Position numbers and translations under genes: made by a program. DNA of 64,000 nucleotides from assembly GCF_009914755.1 (NCBI RefSeq), contig NC_060927.1; one strand, written 5' to 3'. Origin of the DNA: the human T2T-CHM13v2.0 reference genome, Homo sapiens. Position 1 is the first letter of the stretch; each line of letters starts with the position of its first letter. Of this stretch, positions 16,270 through 37,776 are shown one piece after another. The notes beneath the pieces were generated by a model, which saw only the letters and a program-made list of their open reading frames with translations, was not told the DNA's origin and ran no database searches.

Positions 16270-17010
16270 ACTATGAGCCCTAGAGTCAGGCTGCTTAGCT
16301 TCAATGCCAGCTCTTTCATTTCTTATTTCTGTGACCCCAGGCAAATTGCCTTACCTCTCCTAGACAAGGTCTTTCCTCATCAATGAAACAGGAATGAAAA
16401 TAATAGTATTTACCACATCATAGGATTGTTAGGAGATTTAAATGAATTAACACATGTCATATAATAATAGCTTAAAAACGTTATTTTTTATTTTTAAATT
16501 TTTGCACTGCCCCTTGCCTGAAGAAAAAAAAAATTTGATAAACTCAAGTTGATAACTGGCATGTGCTAAGGATACTGTCTTTTTTGATCCCTCAAAGATG
16601 CTGTTATTACCTTTAAAAGATGAGGCAATTGAGGCTTAGTAAAGTTAAATAATTTGCTCACAGTTATTATGTTGTCTGGATTCAAACTCACATCTGTGTG
16701 ACTCCAGAATGTCTGCTCTTTAAAACACGATGTCCCACAGGAATCATAGAACAGAGCAAGAATGCTGCTGCCATTCCTTGCGGCAGAGTCTGTGTTTATC
16801 CTAACAGAGCTGTTTCAGTGGGGCAAGCATGTTTACTAGGGAACTAGGCTGGACCATCCATCTGGAGGCTTGAGTTCTAGTTTTGACTTTCATCTGCTGC
16901 CTTTGTGACCTTGAGCAAGTCACTTAAATACATACGAGGTTCAGATTCAAATCAGTAACCTGGGAATAATAGCAGAGTTGCACAGAGGATCAAGTGAGAA
17001 TATAATAATA
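16270..17010. mobile_element. Cluster of three MIRs (+, -, +)
   Basis: Core motifs gtgaccccaggcaaatt, gatgaggcaattgaggcttag, gtgaccttgagcaagtcactta. Confidence 0.75.
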
Positions 17011-17508
17011 GTAACTTTATAATAGTTTGTGGAAGAGAATAAGGGGCCTAGCTTACCATATGTGCATTTTGAAAAACAGAATACCTCCCCTCTGATGTTA
17101 TTTGAATTTTATTTGCTACTTCTTGAAAGTGAAAGGTTTATTTCATGCTTCTGGGAATGAACCTGAGGTTTCAGACAGGGTGAACCAAGAACTTGGAAAC
17201 TGAAGCTTCGGACTATCAAACACATTAATAAGCAAAAACATTTAGTGCAGAAATAACTAATGAAAGTATAATAATACGGACTTGTGTGAGTGGTTGGGAA
17301 GGAGATGGATTTGACACCGAAATGAATGATGATCAGAGATTAAAATTGTATTAGGCCCCTCCTTTCTGTGACTCTTGTTATGTCAGAGCAGACTGAAGTT
17401 TTGTATGGAACACGTATAGTTAAATTGTTCTATACCTTACTCAGCAGTCACTATCAGTGATCCAGAATGCATATGATCTCTAAAAATAAATTTCACAAAC
17501 TTGATGTA

Positions 17509-17865
17509 AAGCTTACTCTTGAACAACACGGGGTTTAACATGCTGACCCCTGCACAGTTAAAAGTCTGTGTGTAACTTTTGACTCCGCCAAAACTTAAAT
17601 AGCCTACTATTGACTGGAAGCCTTACCAGCAACATAAATAGTTGGCTAACATATAATTAGACTAGTATCTACATATATTTTAGGCACTCATGACATACCT
17701 AATTTTGTCTTAATTTTTTTGATATTTCTGGGCTTTGCAGTTCATCTGTGAGTTTTCACAAATTGTCGCAAATCTCCAAATAGTTTTCCAATATATTTTT
17801 TTGAAAAGAATCTGTGTGTAAGTGGAATCACATAGTTTAAACCTATATTGTTTAAGGGTCAACTG
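17509..17865. mobile_element. Tigger2-family non-autonomous element (Tigger2a/MER28-like)
   Basis: TIRs cttgaacaacacgg and ttgtttaagggtcaactg followed by TA. Confidence 0.85.
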
Positions 17866-18692
17866 TATTTTATAGACAGCACACTCATCTCTTACTTAAC
17901 CTATTTTTATTAGAATTAAATACATCTAATTAATTTTTTGGCTGATTTCCATGCCTACTGCAGTTAGAATGCAGGGGTTGGGGGCAGGAATGGGGGTAGG
18001 GACTTCATGCAGTCATTCAGTGTTGAGAAGTGATAGGAGGAGCCTGACCAAAAAGGGGAAAAATCCAGAACATAGTAAGTTTTCTTGATATGGCATCTTT
18101 AAATAAAAAGTGTATTCACATCTGTGCACTCATGTCAGTTTTGTGAGATAGTTTAAGAAGGTAATGGTATTAACAATTTTTTATGGGGAAGAAAGTTGGG
18201 ACCCAGAGAGTTTCAGTGCCTCTCTCAGGGGCTGGCAGCTTATGTGAGATAGGCTAAGCTAGGAATTGAACCCAGCTCATGAGATTCCACACCTTGCAAT
18301 TTCCTGGCAGAGATGCAGAGAAGCAGACCAGAGCAGCCTCCTGGATCTTGGGGGCATTATGTTTGAGTGCTCAGTGGGATTAATGTTACTGGTGATTGCC
18401 TGGGAAACACTAATAAAGGTTAAATCATGTTGATGTGGTCCATTTAAGAAGATGGGAAAGAGTTCCCCATTTTGGCAACATTTTCATCTAGAATAATTTA
18501 AAATTAGAAAACAAAACTGTTTGGTACTCAACGAGTATAACCACAAATATCTGGAACACTTCGTTGATCAAAGTGGCTCATTTCCTGAGGGTCTAAATTG
18601 CTGTTTTCTTTGGTTTGTTTGTTAGTTTTTTCACTCTGTAATGGCACTTGAAAGGTGTTTTGTGTGTAGAATAGACGAAAAGTAAACCAGTA

Positions 18693-19865
18693 CAGTGGCC
18701 TTTAAACTTTTTTACTCCTGTAAAAGAATTTTGAAAACTATGGATTACTTTATTGACATTTGAAATTTTTCATCGTAAGTCTAAATCATTTGCTAATGGT
18801 GTAATTGCCATTTTATTGTAAATTTTGGCATTTCTTAGTAAAATTGTTATATTCTTAAATATATTTGTCTTAAGCAAAGCCTATAACTTTATAATACTTT
18901 ATGTTGTCCACTTATGAACTACTGTTTGTGTGAAATTTTTGTGTTAATTTGCCTCCTTAAAACTTTTTCCACATTTTATCTTTATATATTGTTATGTTTA
19001 AAAATCTATTGATTACCCTATCATATTTCTGGTAAAAAAGTTAATTTTCTGTGACCATACGGCTCCCAGTGATTGTTTTTAAAAAGTATCATTAGAGTGA
19101 TGATTAGAACACAGTAGGTCAGAATACACATGTAAATTGCAAAGCTTTGAAAAATATTAGAGATAAAAATACAGTTTTACTAGAAATTTATCTCTTTATG
19201 CATCATTGGTGTTTTTCTTCTAATTAATTCATAATTAGTATATGAATATTATTGGGGAAAGAGTTCAGCATATTTTTCATTCTTTTTAAATATATACACT
19301 CTGGAATTTTGTTTACATAAGTTGAAAGAATGAGAGTACTTATATAGCAGTGTTGCTCATTTCTTTCAATGATTTATCATGTAAAATTATTTTTGATGAT
19401 TTAATGATTTATCAGCTGACAACTCAATTAGGTCCTTCTCCAATTTTATTCTAAACAAAGAATTGGCAAAGCCACCTGAGTGGCAAAAGAAGAGTGATTG
19501 ATTAGGGCCATTCACTTTTTCACCAACAGTATTTCCAATTGTCCCCTTGTGTCCTGCCCAGAGGTTTTGTTTTGTTTTGTTTTGTTTTGTTTTTGGTCCC
19601 CTACCCCAAGCAATGCCCCAGAGTGAGAAACTGATGATGGGTGAGCTGTGTGCCTGATTTTGTAAAATGGGAGAATGAGGGGTTTGGGAAAGGGAAGGTA
19701 AGATAGGGTAATCTACTCCCCTGGAGCACTCTCAGACAGGTCAGTTTTAGGAGAGGGTACTTGGAAAAGTTGACATGGAAATTGATTTACTACCTGTGTG
19801 CCTGCATATCCTTTGGAAAACCATGTGCTTCCAGAAGTTTGCTTATCCCAGTTTGAAGACTATTG
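18693..19865 (-). mobile_element. hAT-Charlie DNA transposon with MER113-like end and transposase remnant
   Basis: TIRs cagtggcctttaaact and agtttgaagactattg; minus strand ~19450-19310 reads LEKDLIELSADKSL...LKEMSNTAI...STY. Confidence 0.7.
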
Positions 19866-20329
19866 TGATAGTCATTGGCGTATTTTGGCATCTTAATTTT
19901 TTAATAAGAATTTCTAGGGGGTGTGTGTGTATGTGTCCCTTAAACTTAGAACACTGCTGACCAAGGTAAATTGTTTATGCTGTCTAGGGTAATGTCTTAG
20001 GTCTTTGGTCTTGATTGCATCTATGCATCTGTTTATAAATTGTCTTTTCCTGCGCATGAGTCTTTGCAATCCTAATTCTCTGTAAGTTTTCCAGATCAGG
20101 AGTGACACTTGAACTACCTGTAGCTTATCCCCCTTTATATCTTGTGCTAGTCTTACTCACATTGACTAGTACTTTGGCAAAGCAGATCTAAAATAGCTTA
20201 ATATAGGGAACTACTTGCAATTTTGAGTAAACAACAAACAATTGGCCACAGTAAGATTACTTTCTGCTTCCCGGCTTATTTATTTTGGGTGTCAGTTTAT
20301 AAAATTACAATAGTACAAAAGACTGCAGA

Positions 20330-20465
20330 TATAATTTATATTAATTCTTTAGTTTTACAGAAAATGAAACTAGAGAGGTTATGCCAATTGCCTGAAGTCA
20401 CATAGGTGGTAGGAAAAAAGTAGAACCTATGTCCCTTAACTCCCAGTATTATAACCTTTGCTACA
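20330..20465 (-). mobile_element. MIR
   Basis: ttttacagaaaatgaaactagagaggtta...ttgcctgaagtcacatag. Confidence 0.75.
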
Positions 20466-20739
20466 TCACACCTTCTGCTGCCTTTTGGCAGATTGCATTC
20501 CTCACCTCAATCCTATTTAATACTATTTCTCTTGAGGACTGATTAGCTTTTAGTGATGCAGCATTATTTTTTAAATGGAAAGGCATTTACTCTCTCATTG
20601 AAGACTTTCTCAAAACAAAAATGCTTCTTACCCGCTGGCAGACACTTTCTGCCCCACAATAGGACCCAGCTAGGCAAGCCTGGGGCCCTCTGGCCCCAGG
20701 CAGTGACCCTGGGGGAGGAAGGGGATATTAACAGGTCAG

Positions 20740-21320
20740 AGTAGAGGTGGATTGGCAGAGCGGGGGCTGGTGGGAGGTGGGAAGCTTACATCATTTCCCT
20801 GCAACTGGGCTCTGGCGGGGCTGTAAGGCCTTACTTTCCCCTGTGTAATAGTTTACCAGATTGACAGAGATTCATACAAGGAAGGAAAGGTATGGCAGGA
20901 TGGATGTTCACGCTGTTTATAAATCCTTGCTATTAGATGAAACTGTCAATAAGTAACTAGAAGCAGCCAGTACTGTCTGTGCTTCGCTCTCTCCCCCAGC
21001 TGAGTTCCTTTCTGCTCCGCCCCATCCCTGCTCTCTGCTGCTCAGATCAGCTTCCTGCTTCTCATGAAAGCTGTTCCCCTATAAAGCTGGTCTGCTTTCA
21101 CTGAAAGAATTATATTCATAAGTCTGAGGCTGGTTTTGTGGAAGTATTGTTGGTTTGGTTTCCTTTGGGGGATGAAGGAGGAGGAAACAATTTTTTTTTA
21201 AAAAAAAGTGGGGGCAGGCTGAAAGAGCAAAATCATCTTGAATTTTGTTGTCACATCGTGCCGGTGTTATAACCAGCTCTGTAGACTGCCGCACTGAAAA
21301 CATTTCTGTGAGAGGTATGT
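20740..21320 (+). promoter_or_regulatory. Candidate internal promoter plus non-coding first exon
   Basis: Repeat-free; ATTGG 20751, GC box ctccgcccc 21015, TATAAAG 21080, donor GAG|GTATGT at 21314/21315. Confidence 0.4.
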
Positions 21321-23000
21321 GCTTGAAAAATGGAAAGGTGTTGGCTGTGGAACAAACTGCCCGTCCAGCAGCTGCTTAGATGGCTGTAAGGTCGTAATTC
21401 TATCTAGTGTTTTGATATGGAAAGGGTAATCCTTACTTGAAACGTAGTACAGTTAACCAGCTTAATGGTAAAAAAGGTTAAATATGTGCTTCGTCCCCAC
21501 ATCAGGACTCCTGAAATGCTGGTTCAGGCTGAAAACGTCTAGTCAAATCCACAGTGTTATTCCAGGCTCTTTTGGTGGCGGTTGTCTGTAAACAAGATGA
21601 TGATTTTTAATACGTCTCTCATTATTTATGAACCACATGACAAAGATTAATGAGAGAGACTCCAAGTAGCCTAGAAGCTTCAGATTCATGAGGAGCTTTT
21701 TGCACTGACAGATGGCAAAAGTAAAAGGAAATGGGTGATGATTTATTGTAAACTAAAGTGAAAGTTTTAAAGTTTTTAGAGGGTGTGTTACATTTAAGTG
21801 GAAAAATCTGGAGGAGCCACTAAAATTTAGAAGCATAGCCTAAAACCATTGATGCCTGACCTATATTAAGGCCAGAAGCCTTTTGAACACACATGCATGT
21901 ATATTTTCAAAGGAAATTAAGAAATCTTTATACATGTTTTTATTCAGTAGTCAGAGAAAAGTATTAAGAACAAGACTATAACCAATACCTAAGGAAGCAT
22001 GGAGAACTGTATATTGGTTACTAAGAAGCCACATTGTTCTGTTATAGAAAGTTTTAGAAATGTTTGAAGTAGGAAAATATATAACATTTTATCATGTGCG
22101 TTAGATGAGCTACTAGTGGTAGAGACCATTCAAGCTACAAAGTAGTTTCTGCTTGATTTGAATTATTTTATCATGGAAGATACTGGAGAACATTTGAATG
22201 TTAGTATGTTTTAAATTTATTTTACAAAACTTGGGAAATTAAATTGTTTAAGTTAATTTACATACAAAGGTGCTGGCACTGTTCTTTTCCACAAAGACAG
22301 TAGTGCTTAAATCTTTGAAACCTTTTATTCATGAATAGAATACACTGGCTGTTATAACCCAAGCTATTACAAATTCTTGAGAGTGCGCCATTTAAATTTC
22401 GTTTCTTCTCAAATATTTGTAAACAGGAGTTAATCTTCATGATCATAGAGGATAATGTTGGGCCTAACAAGTTAAAAATATTAAAAGTTCTAGAGAAGAC
22501 GGAATCTGGGAAGTAAACCTAATACAGGCCTCTGAGGAGGACTCACCTCTACACCACAGAGAGACAGGTGGCCATCCTGACTGTCCATGTGTACCTTGCT
22601 TTACTGTGCTTCACTTTATTGCGCATCACAGATACTGTATTTTTTACAAATTGAAGATCTGTGGCAACTCTGCCTCAAGCAAGTCTATCAGCACCACTTT
22701 GCCAGCAGTATGCCCTCACTTCCTGTTTCTGTGTTACAATTTGGTCATTCTTGTAACATTTCAAATATTTTCATTATTATCATATCTGCTATGGTGATCT
22801 GTGAGGAGTGCTCTTTGTTGTTACTATTGTAATTGTTTTGGGGCACCACGAACTGCACCCATACACAACTGCAAACTTAATTGGTAAAAGTTGTGTGTTC
22901 TGATTGCTCCACCCACTGGCCGTTCCCATCTTTCTCCCTCAGGCCTCCCGATTGTCTCCAACACAACAATATTGAAATTAGGCCAATTAATTACCCTGTA

Positions 23001-25400
<2,400 letters not shown>

Positions 25401-25756
25401 TCCTTGTCATCTTATTTTAAGAAATTGCTACAGCCATCCTGACATTCAGCAACCACCACCTTGATCTGTCGGCAGCCATCAACATGGAGGCAAGACCCCT
25501 CAGCAGCAAAGGGTATGACTCACTGATGATCACTAGCGTTTTTAAAATATAAGATATTTTAAAATTTAGTGTGTACTTTTTTTTTTAGAAATAATGTTAT
25601 TTGCTTGCTTAATATAGTACAGTATCGTGTAAACCTAATTTTTGTATGCACTGGGAAACCAAAAAGTTGGTGAGACTTGCCTTCTTGTGATACTGGCTTT
25701 ATTGTGGTGGTCTGGAACTGAACCCATAGTATCTCCAAGGATTGCCTGTCTTTACC

Positions 25757-25938
25757 GTGGTCATTCTCAAGTGTAGCTGCGTATTGGAACCCCCAGGGAA
25801 GTTTTTAATTCCTCCCATTGCCCGGGCCTTTCCCGAGAGATTTTAATTTAATTGCTTGGGGATGGGGCCTGGGCATTGATAGTTTTAAAACTATTCCCAG
25901 GTGTTTCTGATGTGTAGTCAGACTTGACAGTTGCATTG
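25757..25938. mobile_element. MER5A-type hAT MITE
   Basis: ttctcaagtgtagctgc...ggatggggcctgggcatt...cccaggtgtttctgatgtg. Confidence 0.8.
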
Positions 25939-26059
25939 CCTGAACATTCCTAGTGCTATAGCAGCCTGTTCCGTTTTGGGTACTGTTTGTATCTGCTTTG
26001 GTATGTGTCCTCTTAGGTCGGAACTCTTCTGTCACAGAGCAGCTCATGACATATTTAAT

Positions 26060-26505
26060 ATCATTTCTCCTCCAAGACTTAGCTTTTCCAGCCTAAATAG
26101 TCCTAGTTCCTGCAGTCTTCAGGACTTATTTTCTAGGTTCTTCGCTATTCTGGTCACTCCCCTTCCTGGAATTGCTCTTGTTTGTCACTATTACTCTTAA
26201 ATAGGGTACTTTTGGGACTGAGCCTATCATTCTAGATGTCTGGGGCCCAGCAGAGGATGCAGAGAATACAGTAAAGCTGTAACTCCATGGTTCTGTACAT
26301 GACACTTCTGTTATTGGTGGCCAAGATTACATTAGTTTTTTTGGCAGTCATGTCACACTGTTGACTCATGTGGAGCTCAAAGTCAGCTCAAGCCCTTAGT
26401 TCTTTTTCAAGTACATAAACTACTTAAATCAGGCCTCTCCTTCCCCATGCTTACATGGCTTTCCCACCCCCGCCCCAACTTTATTGCCAGAATTTACATT
26501 TTTCC
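26060..26505 (-). mobile_element. L3/CR1 LINE relic (ORF2 C-terminal region)
   Basis: Minus strand reads ...LHMSQQCDMTAKKTNVIL..NRS, matching the CR1 LNMSQQC..AAKKAN.ILGCI motif. Confidence 0.85.
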
Positions 26506-28371
26506 TTTTGAAACATAAGAGGAAAACCCAGTGGATAAGTTATTCCACACAGGGAGATAATACATCCAAACTGAATGCCAGAAATTTATTACATGTATAC
26601 AGCAGCAATTTTAAAGAATGATCTAGGCCCTTCGTTTGGAGCCACAGTTAAATATATTCTTATTTCAGTTCATCTTTACAGTGTGCCTTTTGATTCATTA
26701 CTCAAAACTCACTGTTCAGAGTTAAGAATTTACTTGACTGCGTAGCTTATTTTAATGTTTGTATTCAGTACTCGGTGAGATGCCTTTTCACAATCAAAAT
26801 ACATGATAACCATTGCATTCTCCTGACCTATTGGCATAACACCTTTATTTTAAAAGGAAATGTGTTGTATCTATCATAACATTCTTGATTAACAACAGAA
26901 GGAAATATTTTGCAAATGAGCAGGTGATTTGTGTACAGTTCACTACTGTCAAGCCTAGAACCCCAATCTAACTCTGCTGGTCCCCACTTCATTACTCTTT
27001 GTATCAAACCACAGTAGCTGATGCAATTTGTCATTTAGGATAAGACTTCAAAGAAAACTAAAAGGAAACAAAAGCTTCCATGGATTCTTCACTTTCTATT
27101 TTTTTTTTTTGGGGGGGGGATTTAATATTAAACCCCACAGCATTTTAACATATAGCCCAGTCATGGATTTGTTATTCACTCAGTGTTCTGCCCAAAGCAA
27201 TAAAAAGAGGAGTAAAATAACTAAAGTCAACATTCCTAAGGTTACTGCAGAGAATAGTTTTCTTAGGAATTTGGGCATCCAAATTTTTACTTTCCTTGGA
27301 GAGTTAGATATCCCTTCCTTCTCCTACCACCCTCTCACCACCCAAACACACACACAGTTGATGGTAGAGTAATATCGTTTTGTTCTTAATAAATCACAGT
27401 ATGAGAACTTTTGCATATAAAGGGACAGGCATGTATGTCCCATCTCCTCATTTTGCGGATGAAGAAATGGAAGCACAGGAAGTGAAGGCTTGCTGTAGAC
27501 ATAGTGCTTAGCCAGGGTACTTAGTACATAAGACATACTAGTATGTAAGACATGCTTAATAATTACCTGGATGCTGAGCAGCTTTCTTCAGTACTATTTT
27601 CTTGTCCCCAAGCTTTTTGGATTTTACCTTTCTTGTCCCCAAGCTTTGCTGTTGGATACTCATTGCCTTAACTGTTGAAAATGGAACAGATTTTTCAAGA
27701 ATACCTATTACTTTCGAAAAGCTCCAATGATATAGTAAAAGTTCAGATAACCAGGTTTATTTTTCCTGCTCTTGACTTTTAGGAAAATAAGCTCTTTTTC
27801 TCCCCTTTAAAAATTGATTTTAAATAGTTGTAGTTAAAAAAAGAGGAGTTTCCAAAGAATGAATAGCCTAGGGTCAGTTTGTATATGTATCTAACCCAAA
27901 TGTTCACATCTTTGTTTGGGTCCAGTGAGAAATAATGTTCACAACAATGCTTATCCTAATATATGGTAAGACCCACGGTCAGCAGTGGGAGATTTAATTA
28001 TGTTCACTATATTGTAGTTACTAAAGCAAGGAAGTATACTCTAATATATTTTAAAATGGTTTGCAATAGCAGATGTTTGAAACAAAAAGGCTTCAGAAGT
28101 ACATTTAGTCAATCAGACTGGGCTATTCCTTCAGCCGTTTGGTTAATACAGGTTGATTGTGTTCCTTCATAGTTTGGAAGCCCCTGGTTTTATTAACCTG
28201 AGGCTGGCATCATATCATAATAATACCATGTGATGCGACACTTTTGAAACATCCTTGGTTTCTCTACCCCAGTATTTCCAAATGTCTGTTTCCTATTTTG
28301 TAGAATATTTTATATTACTCAATTAATATTGGTTATATTTTTACATGGCTATTTCTCTCTTTTTAAAAAGT

Positions 28372-34905
<6,534 letters not shown>

Positions 34906-34916
34906 GAAGGCTATTT

Positions 34917-35105
<189 letters not shown>

Positions 35106-35622
35106 TAAAATACATTCCTGTTATCCTTTTATTATTTTGATTTCTCATAATGATGCTTTTAATCAGATGTTTTTAATAGGAAATAAAATTTGAATATATA
35201 CACAACCATGATGAACCATGTATGTATGTGTGAACTATACAGAATTGTACAGTTGAAAACTGTAACGTATGACAAATAGATAAAGTATAATTACTAGTAG
35301 AATTAGTTAATTCTTGAGTGGTACTTACAAAGTATTCATATTAATTTGAAAACAGAGATAGGATATCAGGGGAAAAAACCCATCCATCACATTGGGGAAT
35401 AGATTCAATACATATGCTTTTTGTTGTAGAATTTTAAAATGTAAAGATTTAAAACCCTAACCTCTCAAAATTATTATTCAGAGATTGCTTATAGACCTAT
35501 CTTCTAAAGCTTCCAACAAATTATTTTGTACACGGCACATTGCAACAGTCATTTTCCTATTTTTTCCCTTGTTGTTTTTATTATTACTGTTAAGAGACTG
35601 AGTGGAGCTCAATAAACTTTAG

Positions 35623-35973
<351 letters not shown>

Positions 35974-36237
35974 CATGTGTTAATTTTTAAACAGTGAACT
36001 TAAAAACCTCTAAAAATTTTGTATATATATGAATACTTTAGCAACCAGTATTCATAAGAAGTAACAGTTATAGTTTAACTGTGAATGACAAAGGCTGTTA
36101 CTAGAATTATTATTATTGTACTTCATATTTAGAAAGCTTCACCCCCACCCCCCCAAAAAAAATGGATGTCAAGTGACTATCCAGTTAGGCCCAAGTTAAC
36201 CTAAATATACATGTGACTTATGTATATAAATAGAATA

Positions 36238-36525
36238 TAGTTCTTCCTTCTTCTCTGTGAAGATTCTAGGACCCCTGTGGATAGGAAAATCTGAAGATCC
36301 TCAGGCCCCTGATATTAAATGGTGTAGTATTTTCATATAACATACTCATGTCCTCCTATATTCTTGAAATCATTCTAGATTACTTCTGATACTTAATACA
36401 ATGTAAATGCCATGTAAATCATTGTTATACTGTATTTTTTATTGTTATCTTTTATTTTTAATATATTCAGGCTATGGTTGGTTAAATCTGTGGATGTGAA
36501 ACCCCCAGATCTGGCAGACTGACTG
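36238..36525. mobile_element. MER2 (Tigger-family MITE)
   Basis: aggacccctgtggata...aaatggtgtagtatt...ggttggttaaatctgtggatgtgaaaccc...gactgta. Confidence 0.85.
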
Positions 36526-36529
36526 TATA

Positions 36530-37630
36530 TTAGGTAGATTGGTCTGGGAGTGGTAGGAGGAAAGTGCAAAGGCCCTGCAGGGAGAATATCAGAATACCTT
36601 GGAGAAACTAGAAAAATCTTATTATGGCTGGAGTTTAGAAATGAATGTGAAGAGTGGCATGATGTGGGTGGAAACCGGACTTTGTGGGATTTTGTGTGCT
36701 TTGATAAGGATTTCTATAAGCACAGTAGTAGCAGTGAAAAGTTTTAAGCTAAGGAGTGAGGTGTTTGGATTTGCATTTTGTAAAGATCAGTCTGTTTGCC
36801 AGGAGGAATGCTTTTGAGGAGGGGACAAGTAGAGCTACAGAAATCAGCTAGGAGACTGGTATATTGGTGTTTCAACAAGCTGGCTGTGTTGAGGATGGGA
36901 AGAAGTGGACTCATTGACCATGTATTTAAGAACTTGAGTTAATGGTGTTTTATAATTTACTAGTATATATGAGAATAAGAATGAGTAAACCAGACACCAG
37001 CTTGAGCATCTGGGTGCATTGGATGGTAATACTGACGTCCTAAGTCCGTTCAGGCTGTTAGAACAAAATACCATACACTGGGTAGCTTATAAACAACAGA
37101 AATTAATTTCTCATACTTCTGGAGGCTCAGAAGTCCAGGATCCGGGCATATAAGGTGTCTGGTTCATAGATGGGATTTTTTTTGATGAGTCCTTACATTG
37201 TAGAAAGAGCAAGGCTGCTCTCTGGGGCCTCTTTTATAAGGGCACTTAATCCCATTCATGAGTACTCTACCATCACGATCTAATCACTACCTCAAAGGTT
37301 CAACTCCAAAAACCATAACCTTGGGGCCTAGGTTTTCAACCTGGCAATTTTGAAGGAACACATTCAGACCATAGCAAGTGACAACTACTGAAACAGGGAA
37401 AGATCCAAGGGAAGCAGATTTGGGAGCTGTAGGGGAAAATACTATGTTTCAATGATCGAGCTTGAAATGCCTCTCAGATACCTAGATTGAGATATTCATT
37501 TAAAAGTAAAATATGCCTGGACTTCAGAAGAGTGGTACGGGCTTAAAATACAAATTTGGCAATCATTGGCATATATTAACTGAAGCCTTTCAGAATGAAT
37601 AAGACCAGATTAGGAGGAATGTAGAGCTAG
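36530..37630 (-). mobile_element. L2 relic interrupted by an MLT1 LTR
   Basis: gtgcaaaggccctg, tttgcattttgtaaagatca, gcttgaaatgcct L2 motifs. Confidence 0.7.
37036..37376 (-). mobile_element. MaLR solo LTR (MLT1A-like)
   Basis: agtccgttcaggctg...aacaacagaaatt...cattcagaccatagca; 5-bp TSD actga/agtga. Confidence 0.88.
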
Positions 37631-37728
37631 TAAAAGCTCTATTTGGTAACCTTGGCCTGAGGCCCTTCAAAGGAGGCAGTCCCCACCCATGGAATGAGAA
37701 CCTAGGAGAAGCACACGCTACTCACCTG

Positions 37729-37734
<6 letters not shown>

Positions 37735-37776
<42 letters not shown>

